Origin: Hypanus sabinus
Taxonomy: Eukaryota
DNA: 64,000 bases
NCBI RefSeq assembly: GCF_030144855.1
Contig: NC_082709.1
Coordinates: 53,258,001-53,322,000 of the forward strand
Direction of reading: 5' to 3'
Position 1 is the first letter of the stretch. Each line of letters opens with the position of its first letter. The position numbers and the translations under genes were made by a program. Positions 24,601 through 38,230 of the stretch are shown here, piece by piece. The notes below the pieces were generated by a model. That model was not told where the DNA came from. It saw only the letters and a list, made by a program, of their open reading frames with translations, and did no database searches.

Positions 24601-27228
24601 ATATTTAATACGTGCAAACTGGGAATTTTTCAGTTTATATGTTTTCAAAATTCCTCACTGCCCTGTACTAAATATATAAATATTATATCCATACAGGAAG
24701 AAGACAAATCAAAAGAGACATCTCTTGAGGAGTCAGTTGATGTGAGTATAAATGGAAAAAAAGGTGATCTTTTGGATCTTGACGCTAAGTAAATATGTTA
24801 AACATATTGGATTCAGCTATGTCAGAGTAGAGGGAGAAAGGGCCATTTAGACCATAAAATATAAGATATAGGAGCAGAATAAGGCCATTTGGTCATCTAG
24901 TCTGCACCACTTTCTTTAGGTCAGTCTATTGAGATAGGTATTGTGATGTTTGATTCCTGTGGGGAAGTTTGACTGAGGCGCTCCAATACAGAAGATGAGT
25001 TTGCCCTCAAGGATGCCCAAGTTTGCCCTTGAGTTTATCCTCAAGGATAAATTATTGACAAGATTGGGTGCTGGATACGAGGGCAAAGTCTGTAACAATC
25101 ACCAATTACAGAGACCAAGTGATGGTGAAGATCAGCTTCAACACACCAATACCAATTAATTGGGTGAGAGTGACAATTTCCCCAAATTATCTACAGACCC
25201 CTCACACTTCACATTATCCAGGTGATATGATTATTTTTGCAGAATGTAGTTGTTCTGATGAGCACTTGTCCACTGCAGTAATAGATTTTAAAAGGGGATA
25301 AAAACTAGGTTTATAAATAATTGAATCTTTAAAGGGTTTGTTCTCAGGTTATTTCATAAACTTTCATAAATTAACATGCTAAGCATATAAATATTGATCT
25401 TTTCATGCAGGTCAAGAGCAAGTCAAAAGAGACATCAGTCGAGGAGTCTTCTGATGTAAGTCTAATCTTGGAATTGTTATCTATTGATTTTCACCCATAA
25501 TATACTGACAAAACCTAATTTGGGCAAACATAATTAAATGACTACCTAGATCAGGGAGAGCATGGCATATTAATTCACAGATTCTCTGTGGATGCCCTGT
25601 GGATGCCCATCATTAGCCTGAGTGTGAGTTTGTTCTTCACTAAATTTTGAAATAGACTTTGAAAGGACACTCTCTCCTGGGGACAATCATGGTCTGTGGA
25701 TTGATATTTCTGGTAGTTTCATGAAAGGAGGATCCTCTCATTTAAATCACTATAACTATTGGCTCTGAGTCTACAAGTGTATGGTGCAGGGAGATGTCAG
25801 CACTGAGACTTTCCACTGGTCAGGTCAACGTAGAATTTGTGTCCCAGCTGTCTACGTGGCACACAAGCCGGTACATAAGCCAAGGTAGTATGATATGGAG
25901 AGCAAGCTGTTGTCTATGTAGCAGGTTCACCCTCTCTATGTAGCTGATGAATCCAAAGGATGGCAGAGACTGATACAGCTTGGCACCAGTGGTGTTACGG
26001 GAGTTGCCAGTCAGCTTTGAACTCAACATAAGACTGCAGATCCAGAGTTTTCCTTGTGGGTTATTCCGAAAGCCATTCCCATGGGTGGCTGTAGACGCAA
26101 TGCAGTGGAGGTTTGAGATCAGAATATTCATTCTCCAAGATGAACTGCTAACCACAGCTGATGAGCCCCATGTGCCTGAAGCAACTAGTTTTAAAGTTCC
26201 AGTAAACCATCTTTGCCCCTCCATCTTTCAGTAGCAACCGTTCCATTGACTTAGTAACTAACGTACATGTGAAGGCCTGGAGCTTGGTTTGATTGTCAGA
26301 GGCTATTTGAAATGTATGCTACTGGGAGCATTTAATAGGTAGTGGGAGCTTATCCCCACTACAACAGTGCCTATAACAACCTCAAGCAATCAAAGTCAGC
26401 ACAGTGGAGAACAAATGAAGGAATCAATCACCCCTCCTAGATTAATAGAATCATCGAGTAATACAATGCAGGAGCTAGTCCTTTGTCCAATTCATCTGTG
26501 CTGAACAAGTTTTCTACATTTGGCCTATATCTCTTAAATATCTTTCGTTATCAATGGACTGTCCAAATGCATTTTATATGTCACATTTCTACTGGTCATT
26601 CATGTCATAAAACCACCATCTTTATTTGAAAAAATTGCCCCTCACCTCACTTTTGAATCTTCCCCGTTGCACTTTAAATCTATGTTCTCTCACTTTAGAC
26701 TCCTTTACCCTGAGGAAATTACTTTGGCTATTCACCTTATCTATTCCTCTCCAAATTTTATTAACCTGTACAGTATTACATCTTCACCTACTTTCTTGCA
26801 CTTCAGAGAATCAACTCCTCACCTATCCAGCCTTTCCTTACGCAACAAACCCTCCAGCCTTGGTAATATCTTCACAATTCTTGTTTGCGTCTTCTTCAAG
26901 AAAGTGACATTCTTTGTAATTGAGTCCACTATGTTAATACTTTGCTGAAATTCAGATTAATTGTGAAGTGAAGTTTTTGATCTGGATCTATCACTGATTT
27001 GCAAATCTGATTTTATCTTGTAAAACAGATGAAAAGCAAGTCAACAGAATTATCATTGGAGGAGCCTTCAAACGTAAGTATAAACTGAAGCTTTGTGTCT
27101 GATATGATCATCCTTAAAACTAATGACCAGACTTTGACATCAGAGTGAGCTCAGTCCAGCTGAAATTTACAAATCTGTTCACCTTTCCATTCCAGGAACA
27201 AAATGAGGACTCGCGATCCCGTCACTAA
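21660..27228 (+). CDS. SPP2: SPP2-like SxE-repeat secreted phosphoprotein, copy B (10 coding exons, 224 aa)
   Basis: Exons 21660-21711, 21856-21959, 22640-22768 (AAG acceptor), 22981-23112, 23227-23271 (AQRQSKEKSLEEISD), 23844-23888 (VRSRSEETSPEISSN), 24697-24741 (EEDKSKETSLEESVD), 25411-25455 (VKSKSKETSVEESSD), 27029-27073 (MKSKSTELSLEEPSN), 27196-27228 (EQNEDSRSRH*). Open frame; same exon sizes and phases as copy A. Confidence 0.88.
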
Positions 27229-27452
27229 CCATGAATGGAACTCCACAGAGTCTGAACTCAATGTGAACACAAGAAGACCTCATTCAGAATCTACAAGATG
27301 TTAACAATTATACTGAATTTACTGATTACAAGACTAAGGGGCCTGGAGCTCCTGATTGTAAATTTTATTGTAAATGGGAATTTGATTGTTTGTAAAATGT
27401 TCTGTCCTTTGTTGTATATTATTGTTTAATGTATTGTAGATCAACATAAATT

Positions 27453-27458
27453 AATAAA
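27453..27458 (+). terminator. Poly(A) signal of copy B
   Basis: AATAAA at the homologous 3'UTR position. Confidence 0.7.
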
Positions 27459-27576
27459 TACTGTATTGTATATTCACAGAATTGCATCCGGAAGTTGTTT
27501 TGTTTGTCACTGACCTACAGGAGTTCATCCAGTTATTATGCTCAGGTTCATCCGTCCCTTGCTGATTGTGTATCTG

Positions 27577-27801
27577 CTTTGTCTGGTGGGACATCCTGAT
27601 GTGGGGCCACCTGCTGGTGCAGATACTTTGTCTGGTGAGACCTCCTGATGTGGGGCCACCTGCTGGTGCAGATGCTTTGTCTGGTGGGACATCCTGATGT
27701 GGGGCCACCTGCTGGTGCAGATACTTTGTCTGGTGAGACCTCCTGATGTGGGGCCACCTGCTGGTGCAGATACTTTGTCTGGTGGGACCTCCAGATGTGG
27801 G
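27577..27801. repeat. 49-bp minisatellite, ~4.6 units (paralogous to 10953-11235)
   Basis: Same unit at the same position downstream of the copy B poly(A) signal. Confidence 0.95.
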
Positions 27802-28874
27802 ATCTCCTGGTGATGTATTTCTTTTTTCTATTGGAATCTCCGGATATGTTGCCTAATTTGCTGCCTTAATATTGACATCAGGCACTGAATGAGATGCTGT
27901 GCATCCTGGACTGCTTATTCCAATTGCAGCAAGCCTCAAGTCTTTGGATTGTTTAATTTTGCCTTTTTTAATTTTGGTTAAAATCTCCAAAAGTCACATT
28001 TTGAAGGAAATGAGACCTTGGGGCCCAGGAGACATTTTATACATAATTAGGAATGAGGTATCAATGAAATGAACATCTGCCTCATTGCAACAGCTCTTTT
28101 ATAAACACAAGAAAGTCTGCAGATGCTGGAAATCGAAGCAACACACACAAAATGCTAGAGGAAGTCAGCACGTCAGGCAGCATCTATGGAAAGAAATAAA
28201 CTCTTTGTGTTTCGGGCCAGGACCCTTTTTCTGGACTAAAAAGGGAGTGGGAAAATGCCAGAATAACAGCTGTGGAGGGGGGGATAGGAGGTGATGGGTG
28301 AAAGCAGGTGGATTGGAGAGGGAAGGGCTGGAGAGGAACAAATCTGATAGTACAGGAGTATGGACCATAGGGGTAAGGGAAGGCAGAGGAGACTAGGGGT
28401 GGGGTGTAATATGTAACAAGCAGGTTAGAAGAGGTATGAGGCCAAAGATGGCAATTGAAAAAAAGCAGAGGGTGAGGGAAATTTTTTTCTCTTTTGTTCA
28501 ATGGGTAAATATCCACAATTGTCCTGATGTGTGTATATCTTCAGGATCCTGTACCTCTTCCCCAATAGCAGTAACTGAAGGACTGCATGAGTCAAATGAT
28601 CAGGGTCTTTTTGAAGAATGCCACCTTCTTGAGGCCCTAACTCTTGAAGATATCCTTGGCCGTGTGGGAGATGTTCCTGTGATGGAGCTTTCTGGGCCTA
28701 CAACTCTCCGTAGCCTCTTTCAATCCCGTGCTTTGGAACCTTCATACCAGGTGCCAATGCAACCATTTCGAAAGCTTGTCGTTCTACATCTGTAGAAATT
28801 CACAAGAATCTTTAGTGACATACCAACTCTGTTTAAACTGCTAAAGAATTACAGCTGCTGGAGTGCCTTCTTTG

Positions 28875-29669
28875 TGTAACACCCTGGGAAAGGTTTCACT
28901 ACTAACGCCATGGTCTTTCTTTAGAAGCAGTGCTTGGCTTATGATTAGGAATAATGGGTGCTTTGGAATGTGAGCTGGGTCCTTTGTTCATCGGCAGGTG
29001 AAGAGAGAAGACACTGGACAGAACGGGTAGTAGGATTCAACCCAGTGGGGGTCCATGATTTGATGGAGCAAGGAGCCAATTTTGACTGTGGGTGGGTGAA
29101 TATTTATGACCTTTGTAAGAGCTGAGCTGAAAGCACACACTCAGCGATCCAGGAGCAGCTTCTTCCCCTCTGCCATCCGATTCCTAAATGGACATTAAAT
29201 CTTTGGACACTACCTCACTTTTTTTTAATATGCAATATTTCTGTTTTTGCACATTTTAAAAATCTATTCAATATATGTAATTGGTTTACTTGTCTATTTT
29301 TTTCTCTCTGCTAGATTATGTATTGCACTGAACTGCTGTTGTTGAGTTAACAAACTTCATGTCACATGCCGGTGATAATAAACTTGATTCTGATACTTGT
29401 GCGCATTTGACTGTTTAATTATAACGGGCCCTTTTTGATTTTTTTCTTAACTAACCCTTTAGTTAAGATTCATAAATATAATTCCTTTAATCGTATGCAG
29501 TGTGCTGTCTGTTATTTCTTGGCCCTGAGTTGTAACAGGGAAGCAAATTACACAGCATCCACAGAAACCAGCATTTGGGGTGGGATAGCAGTCTCAGTCT
29601 CGCAGGTTTGTTGGGACAGGAGTGTGTATTCCTTAGACTCACACAGCCAAGGAAACCAGTGAGATTTCA
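28875..29669 (+). mobile_element. Solo LTR-like element with nested LINE 3' end
   Basis: TGTAAC...TTTCA termini; homologous to 52332-52865; inserted into a LINE remnant that is uninterrupted in unit A. Confidence 0.65.
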
Positions 29670-29889
29670 ATTGTAATTGCATCAAAGTGCTGGTACCAAG
29701 ATAGATCCTTCTAGTTGTTGACACTCAGGAACTTGAAACTGCTCACCTTTTCCAACAGTAACCCCTCAGTGAGGACTGGTGTGTATTCTCACGCTTCCCC
29801 GTTCTGAAGTTAACTATCGGTTCCTTGATTTTGATGACTCTGAATGAGAGTTTGTTGTTGCCGCATCATTTAACGATCTGATCTATCAC

Positions 29890-30990
29890 AGAGTCATTGA
29901 GTCACAGAAAAGTACAACACAGAAACAGGCCCTTCAACCTATCTAAACCGCATTGAACCATTTAAACTGCCTACTCCCATCGACCAGCATCTGGACCATA
30001 GTCCTCCATACTCCAGCCTATCCAAATTTCTCTTGAATGTTGAAGTCGAACTTGCATGTTTCATTTGTGCTGGAAGGTCGGTCCACACTCTCATGACCCT
30101 CTGAATGAAAAAGTTGCTCGCATGTTCACCTTCAACTTTTCACCTTTCACCCTTAACCCATGACCTCTGGTTGTTGTCATTGGAAAAAGCCTGCTTGCAC
30201 TTCCCCCCTTGATATCCCTCATAAATTTGTACACCTCTATCAAATCTCCTCTCAATCTTCCACATGCCAGGAAATAAAGTCCTAATGTATTCAATCTTTC
30301 CTTATAGCTCAGGTCTTCCAGACCCAGCAACATCCTTGTAACTTTTCTCTGTCCTCTATCAATCTTATTTACATCTTTCCTGTAGGTGGATGACAAAAAC
30401 TGCACACATTACTACAAATACAGCCTCACTAGTGTCTTATACAACTTCAACATAACATCCCATCTCCTTTACTCAATTCTTTGATTTATGAAGGCCATTG
30501 TGCCAAAAGCTTTCTTTACGACCCCATCTACCTGTAATGTTACTTTCAATGAATTATGGATCTGTATTCCCAGATCCCACTGTTCTACCGCACACCTCAG
30601 TGCCCTACCATTCACTGTGTAAGGCCTACCCTGGTTGGCCCCACCAAAATGCAACAACTCACACTTGTCAATCTCATTTCTATAGACTCAGTGTCCATCT
30701 CCTGATTAAATACTGACACAAAAAATTATTTAAGATCTCCCCATCTCTTGTTGCTCCACTCATGAATTACCATTCTGACTTTCCAGTTTTGTCCCTTGTA
30801 AATCCTTTTGCTCTTAACGTATCTATGGCATCCCTTAGGATTCTCCTTCACCTTGTAAGCTAGGGCAACCTCATGCCTTCTTTTAGCCCTTCTGATTTCT
30901 TTCTTCAATGCTCTCTTGCATTTCTTATACCCCATTAGTACCCCATGTGTTCCTACCTGCCTACAACTGCTATGCACCCCCTTTTTTCGT
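29890..30990 (-). mobile_element. CR1 LINE fragment
   Basis: GRLRGDLIEVYK, LHFGGANQGR, VKENPK motifs. Confidence 0.85.
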
Positions 30991-32999
30991 GTGGGGTCCT
31001 GGATAATGGTGAGAGAAAATGGAGGCCTGCCATTGTATAAGAGACCATTGTATGTGTAGATCTGTACAGACTTTGGGGAACACCACAGCAAATGCCTGTC
31101 TACCCAAAAAACTCTGCTCCTCCTGACTCTGCTCCTGTCCTTACTCAGGCTCAGCTACTTTCATTCCATTTGCTTTAGTTCTGATGACGTTTGCTCTGGC
31201 TGCTTTATCAGGCACTCATCGAAAGTTCATTGAAGCACCTCCAGCACATTGTTTGACGAAAAATCTCAATCATTGATCAATTGTAATTTGCTTCTCACAA
31301 TCAATGCAAACTGCTTGACTTATCCATTGGAATGATGAATAATCTTGCGGAACACACACTAACTGCTGGAAAAACTCATCAGGTCAAGCAGCATCTATGC
31401 AGATATTTACCCGGAAGGCACTGTTTTCTTCTGTCATGTTGGTACTCAAGGTGTCAGAATTAAGTGGCACAGATCGAGAAAAGCAATCTGTGAAATTTTT
31501 AAATGCAGAAGAAATGTTTTGTCTTGTCTCAGGTATAGAAAATGTCTAGAGTGATTTGAATAGGGTTCATTGTTAATTGAAATAATGTGTCAATATGATT
31601 GAAAGAGAAGAGTTCACTTCATGAAGATATAAAAGCATGAGGTAAAGTATGGCCATTGTGGAGTCAAGATACAATTTCTCAAACATTGCTGTAACCTGAA
31701 ACTGCCTTGCTAGAAGGCAAGAACTGATTGAACAACTTACAGCTTTATGAAAGATGCAGATGGATTTCATCGATGTTGTTACATAAAGGTGTCAAAATCA
31801 AGTGATTAGTTGGCACAGATCAGCCGCAATGTTACTGAATATTCAAGGCCCATTCAGGATCAGGATCAGATTTATTATCACTGAAATAGGTCATGAAATT
31901 TGTTGTTTTGTGGCAGCAGTACAGAACAATATGTCAAATATTACTATAAATTACAGTAGGAAATATAAAAAATAAATATGTAGTTCAAAAAGAGACCAAA
32001 AAGTGGGATAGTGTTTATGGGCTCACGATTCATTCTGAAATCTGATGGCTGAGAGAACAAAACTGTTTAAGCATTGCCGTTTGATATGTCCTTGATGGTG
32101 GGAAGTCTGGTGGCCTTGATGGAGATGTAGATGGTGATGCTCTCCCTTTCCACTACTCAATAAGGAATGGTATGTGTGTTCTCCCAACTTTCCCTGCCTG
32201 AAATCCACAGTAAATTCCTTGGTCTTGCTGATACTGAGTGCATAGTTCTTGTTGTGACACCACCCAACTAGCTGCTGTCTTGCTGTCGTATGCCTCCTTG
32301 CAACCATCTGAGATTCTGCCAACGGCAGTTGTGTCATTGGTGAATAGATGGCATTCTGGGCTCCCCAGGTCCAATCCACCTTGTATAATGCATAGAGGGT
32401 AAACTTGCTCATACCTACTTAGTTTCCTCTGCAAATGCCAATCACCAAAGCTTTCTTGGCATGTTATCATCCTTTGAAAGCAGAGTCTACAGTACCTCAT
32501 CCAGCTGCATTATTGACAGAAACTTTGCTCCAATGAGCAACATGAAAATGGAACACCAGCTACAACTAATGAATTTATCATCAAAAGGGTTAACTTAAAT
32601 GTACTACCCAGTAAAAATTGGGGATAAATGGAGTTCTCACAAGATAACAGGATACAAATCTTCCTGCTTTTACAGAAGCCTGAAGGCATACACTCAGCTA
32701 TCAGGAATAACTTCTCCCCTGCCATCCAATTTCTAAATGAATACTAAAATGGATATTTTATATATACACTTAATGTAACTCAATTTTTTCTCAATATTTA
32801 TTAATCATGTATTGCCTTGTATGCTGCCGTAACAAATTTCATGGCGTATGCCGGTGATAATAAGTCTGAATCTGATTCTTTTAAAACATTTTGCAAGTCT
32901 TTATGGTGAAAAGATGTGAGCATAGTTCTGTTAAAATATGATTGATATTTAATGCAATTGTTGACACGATTCCCAGCAAATGTTGACTTGTTACCTTTC

Positions 33000-33615
33000 T
33001 TGAACTGTTTACTTGCACTAATTAATTTTCTGTTTTCACTTTCTCTCTCCCCTTCCCCTCCCACGTGAACTCTGATGTCAGCATACAGCCCAGGAGCCAG
33101 GAACATTCTGATATCACTTTCTCAGAGACTGCACTGGGGCTTTTCAGCATCGTATTTGCCTTCTACAGTGTGAATGCTTCCATTTCTGGGTGCTGGATTA
33201 CTCATAATCCTTAATTACTGTTTATCTGCATGTTTGTTAGTTTATTTATCAGCAAATTGGATTCTCGGGAGTGAAATGGGGAATTTATCCCACACAAACT
33301 TGGCCGGTAGATAAAGAGACCATCGGTTCATGAGCTTCCCACAAAACCATGCTGGACGTGCCCAATGTGTGCACACTGCCCCTGCATCAGTGAACTGGTA
33401 CTCCCACACACGGCACAGTGGATCACCACGATGGTCAGCGCTGCTCAGAAATACTCAACTGTGGGAGATCGTCATTCTGTTTACAGATCAGATTAACCAA
33501 ACACTGACATGTTTGCTCCAAGTTTAACCCATTGAAAATGAATGAGTTAAGGTTAGTGTTACTGGAATGATGCCTGGAAAATCAAAATCAGAGTCAGAAA
33601 CAGATTTAACAGATT
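33000..33615. repeat. Conserved upstream block of unit C (internally deleted, truncated by CR1)
   Basis: Near-identical to 19560-20070; joined directly to the 18700-18790 homolog. Confidence 0.8.
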
Positions 33616-33617
33616 TA

Positions 33618-34530
33618 AGTGTGCCTCAGGGATCTGTTCTGGGACCCCTACCCCTGTGATTTTTATAAATGACCTGGATGAGGAAGTGGAGGGATGGATT
33701 AGTAAATCTTCTGATGACACAAAGATTGGGGATGTTGTGGATAATGTGGAGGGTTGTCAGAGGTTACAACAAGACATTGATAGGATGCAAAACTGGGCTG
33801 AGAAGTGGCAGATGGAGTTCAACCCAGTTAAGTGTGAGATGGGTCATTTTGGTAGATCATATATGATGACAGAATATAGCATTAATGGTAAGACTCTTGG
33901 CAGTGTGGAGTATCAGAGGGATTTTGGGGTTCGAGTCCATAGGACACTCAAAGCTGCCACAGAGGTTGACTCTGTGGTTAAGAGGGCATACAGTGCATTG
34001 GCCTTCATCAATCGTGGGATTGAGTTCAAGTGCCGAGAGGTAATGTTGCAGCTATATAGGACCCTGGTCAGACCCCGCTTGGAGTACTGTGGTCAGTTCT
34101 GGTCAGGAAGGATGTGGAAACCATAGAAAGGGTGCAAAGGAGATTTACAAGGATGTTGCCTGGATTGGGGAGCATGCCCTATGAGAATAGGTTGAGTGAA
34201 CTTGGCCTTTTCTCCTTGGACCTATGGAGGATGAGATGTGAACTGATAGAGGTGTAGAAGATAATGGGAGGATAATCAGACTTTTTTCCATAGATGCTGC
34301 CTGGTCTGCTGAGTTCCTCCAGCATTTTGTGTGTGTTACATTGGATTTCATTGCCACCAACAGGTGTAAAAGCCAATTATTAGGTATATTTAAAGTGGAG
34401 TTTGATGGGTTCTTGACTAGTAAGGCAGGAGACTACAATTGAGAGGGATAATGAGTCAAAATTGATGGACTGGTGGAGAAGACACAATGGGCCAAATTGC
34501 CTAAATTCTGCCCCTATGTCTTATGGAATG
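33618..34530 (+). mobile_element. CR1 LINE fragment(s)
   Basis: VPQGSVLGP, IFINDLDE, DDTKIG, WAEKWQMEFN, LVRPRLEYC. Confidence 0.88.
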
Positions 34531-35291
34531 ACAACAGAAGAAATCTCTCTCTCTCTCACTCTCTCTCTCTCAGATACTTCTTCATGTTAAGCAATAAGAG
34601 CACTCATTGACATGCAACTCGAAAAATCTGTTCAGTTTAAAGAAAAGGTATAAGAGCAATAAAAGTTCAAAGTGTTTTTATTATAAGAGTACATATATGT
34701 CACTAAATACTGCTCAGAGATTCATTTTCTTGCAGGCATTCATATTGGAAGAAAGAAATACAGGAAAATCAATGAAAAGCTGCTCACAAGCAAACTCTGA
34801 CAAGCAAGCAATGTGTAAAAGATGACAACTGCAAATACAAAATGAATAAATAGATAGACAGATAATTAAATAATACTGAAAAAATGAGTCCTTGAGAGTG
34901 AGTCTGTAGGTTGTGTTCAGTAATCAGTTCAGTGTTGTGTTGAGTGAAATTTTCCACACTGGTTCAGGAAAAGAAATAATTCTAATAATGCTTAAACCTA
35001 GGCAACAGTGTTGTACCTTGTCCATTTGTGCTCCACCCCTTCTCTTCCCCTTTATTTACTATTAATCTTCCTGCTTTATTTTCAGCCTAAATAAAGGGAC
35101 TCAAGCCAAAGCATTGCCTATCCTTTTCACACTATAAATGCTGCCTGACCTATAGAGTTCTTCCAACTTTTTTGACTGTTACTGCAGAATTCTACCAAGT
35201 ACTTTAAGTCTCCAGAATTAGAACATAGAACATTACAGCACAGTTCACAATCTTGTGCTAACCTTTTAACCTACTCTAATATCATCTGATC

Positions 35292-38230
35292 CGGTAGTTC
35301 CCAAAGTGGATGATGTCAAGCTCTTGGGGACAGTGGGAGCTTCTAAGGGGGCAATAAAATTAAAGGGTTGTGATGTCTCTCAGTAGCAAGGGGGGGCAGC
35401 AGAAGGATTACAGGCTTAATTTAAGAAATGAATTACTTATTATAAGCATTTAGCCTTCACAGCTTTATAATCGATTAGAATGATCACATAATCACCTCAT
35501 CTCTTGGTAACTCACCATTCCTTTAAACTTTGCTCAAAGTGCATTATAGTTCTTAAAAAGCAATGAGACACTTCTGTATTTGGCATGACAAGAGAAATCT
35601 GGACTGAAGAAATGGTGTTATTTCTGGACACGCCCCCCATGCATTATTGCCATTCACTTACTGTAGTACACAGTCAGCTAATATGATTCTATACTCTAAT
35701 CATGCAGTGACGTAATTCCTGTAAATTAGACTATGGCATTCAGTGGCATGGTTCAGAATCTCCTTTTTCAAATGGTTCTGACTGCATTTCTCTAGACCAA
35801 ACCCAACGTAGATATTGCTGCTCCAGTTTAAATACCTTCAGGCAGAAAGTCGGGTTTGGCCTGTGCTATAATGATATCATAACTTAACCCTTCATTGATC
35901 ACAATAGTTGAGGTTAGTCTTAAACAATAGGCAATTGACTGTGGTCATTAATCCATAACAAAAATGTCAGAATCAGAGCAATTGAAAGAGAAGTGTACAC
36001 ACTATCTTATGAAGTATCTGAAATATAGATTTATACCAGCGTCATGCAAACAACAGCAGCCAATGAGCCTGATGTGTGAAAAAGTTTCTTTTTCAAATGA
36101 GACAATGAAATTGTCCAGGCTCCTTGAACATTTAAAGAGAATACACTTATTTTCAGTCAGTCCGAGAAAACTTTCAAAGGATCATTTCTTGTTCAAGTAT
36201 GCATGTACAATATAACCCTGATATTCGTTTTTCCAGATAGTCATGAAATACAGAAGAGACATGGGAGCTGTTGAAAGAAAAGACAGCAACTCTCCCCCTC
36301 CCACCCCTAGCACGAAAAAGAAAAATAAGTAAAACTCGCAAGCCCTAAAATCCCCTACCCCCTCCCCCGCACAAAAAACTAACAGATCACCCACATGGCA
36401 AACGGCAGCTGGAACATCAAAAAGACCAACCCCCCCCCCCCCACTCCCTCCCTTGCAAAAAAAAACAGCAACGATAACATGAAACCCTCAAATCCTTCCC
36501 TTACAAATAAAAACAAGAATACATGCAATGATACACTTCAAAACATGTTTACCAGCACCTCATAACAAAACAGTGATGGTCTGTGTGCTCTAATCAACAT
36601 TTCATTGCTCATTGCTAAATCTGGAAAGCTCTGGAGAAGAACTGATTCTGCCAGCAGTATACTTGATCATCATTTGGTATTCTCTCTCTCTCTTCCAACT
36701 CAGAGTAAGTTACTGGACCAAATAATTAAAGTGATTCCACTCAGCCACATCTTTATTCAAAGACGAATAAACTAAATGTATGGGGATGTGAAAGACATTT
36801 GCGTAACATGCAAAGGACAACAACATTTCCCTGCAGTTGGATGAGCCAACGTTGTCAGGCAACAAATCTTTGCTTCTTGGGTATATTTGTTTCATAAAGG
36901 ATGAAAGCATGGTTCAAGAGTTATTTGCAAGGGAACTAGAAGCAGATACAAAGGGGGAACCAATATTTTGGGTTGGTGTGCAATTTTTCAAAGGGAAGGA
37001 CATTCTGCTCACCAATATCATGCTTCTGGAAAAGATGAGCACCATCAATGACAGGATGCCACTAGGGGGTTATTACTTTCTTGTAAAAGCTGTACCTAAC
37101 ACATTTATCATTTATTGTGTAATTAACAGACGATGCTTTGTTGCAAAAAAAGTCGTAAGTGATCGTCTGCATAAATCATTAAATACTGTTAAGACTGCGG
37201 TAAATAAAATCAGGTCCCATGCATTCAGTTCTCGACTACTTCGAGAGCTTTTGTATTGAGAATGATGTACACAGAAGTCAGATGGCTCTCCAAAGGAAAC
37301 AGCCTGAGATAGTTTCTTGTGCTTTTAAAAACTGTGATAAAATTATTTGAAAACTCGAATGCTTCATCCAGTAATCAGCTCAAGAATATTAAGCATGACA
37401 TTGCTTGTTTGTCAGAATAATCTTCAATTGCAAGGAAATGATGTGCATCTTATCAAAGTCAAATTAGTCGTCTCCATATTTCTGTCCAAGTTAACTCTAT
37501 TTAATTGCCACCTCTATTGTCTTCGCCACCTTTTCCAGTTTCCAAGCCTCTCTGAGTTGGAAGAAAACGAAAGGTTACCAGATGATGATTTTCAAGTATA
37601 TTGTGGATGAGCTGCATAAAGACATGTCAGATAGAATTCAGGATCTTCTCTCAATCTAAACTCCAGACTGGGTACTAAATCCATTTCTGAACACTTGTAA
37701 TGAGAAATTAGCAGGAACGATAGAGGAATGACTTTGACCTGAAATCGAGGTTCAAACATAAAATCAAGACCATCGTTTGCAGAAAAAAATCTCTGAATGC
37801 TATCCTGCACTGTGGATAAAGTTCAAGATATTCTCTTTAGCCTTTCCAATATCACATTTAATGGAGTGCTATTTTAGTGCAGTCGTCCAACTTGTTTCAA
37901 AACAATGAAACAGACTGCAAATTACTGAACTTAGGGATCTGAAACTTCTTCTCAGAGACTTTCAGCCTGATGTTGGGAAGCTGATATTACTGTACAAACT
38001 CATCCATCTGACTGAAAGGCGAGAAAGCAATGAATAATTGGACTACTAATAAATACTTTAAATTTGCTGATGAAATTTGTTCAAATTGTAATTAAATAAA
38101 GTCATAATTTTATTTGTAGCTTTAAATAGATTTGAATAATTTTTGCAATTATTTGTCATTGTTTTGAATTTGCAGATCCCAATTCTTTTCATTGTGCATC
38201 ATAAATCAAAATTCTTTATAGCTTTTATGT
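35292..38230 (+). mobile_element. Decayed hAT/Charlie (Buster; ZBED5/SCAND3-like) DNA transposon
   Basis: Fragments YLKY.FI...P.SLMCEKV.SNETMK.SRL.EHLK.IH, SLQLDE, CVINR, TEVRWLSKG; TIR-like cggtagttcccaaagtgg at the start; many stops and frameshifts. Confidence 0.85.

Noticed and set aside
35964-37960. Host gene ZBED5/SCAND3/FAM200
   Set aside because: Multiple stops, frameshifts and an internal insertion, plus a TIR-like end, indicate a dead transposon.
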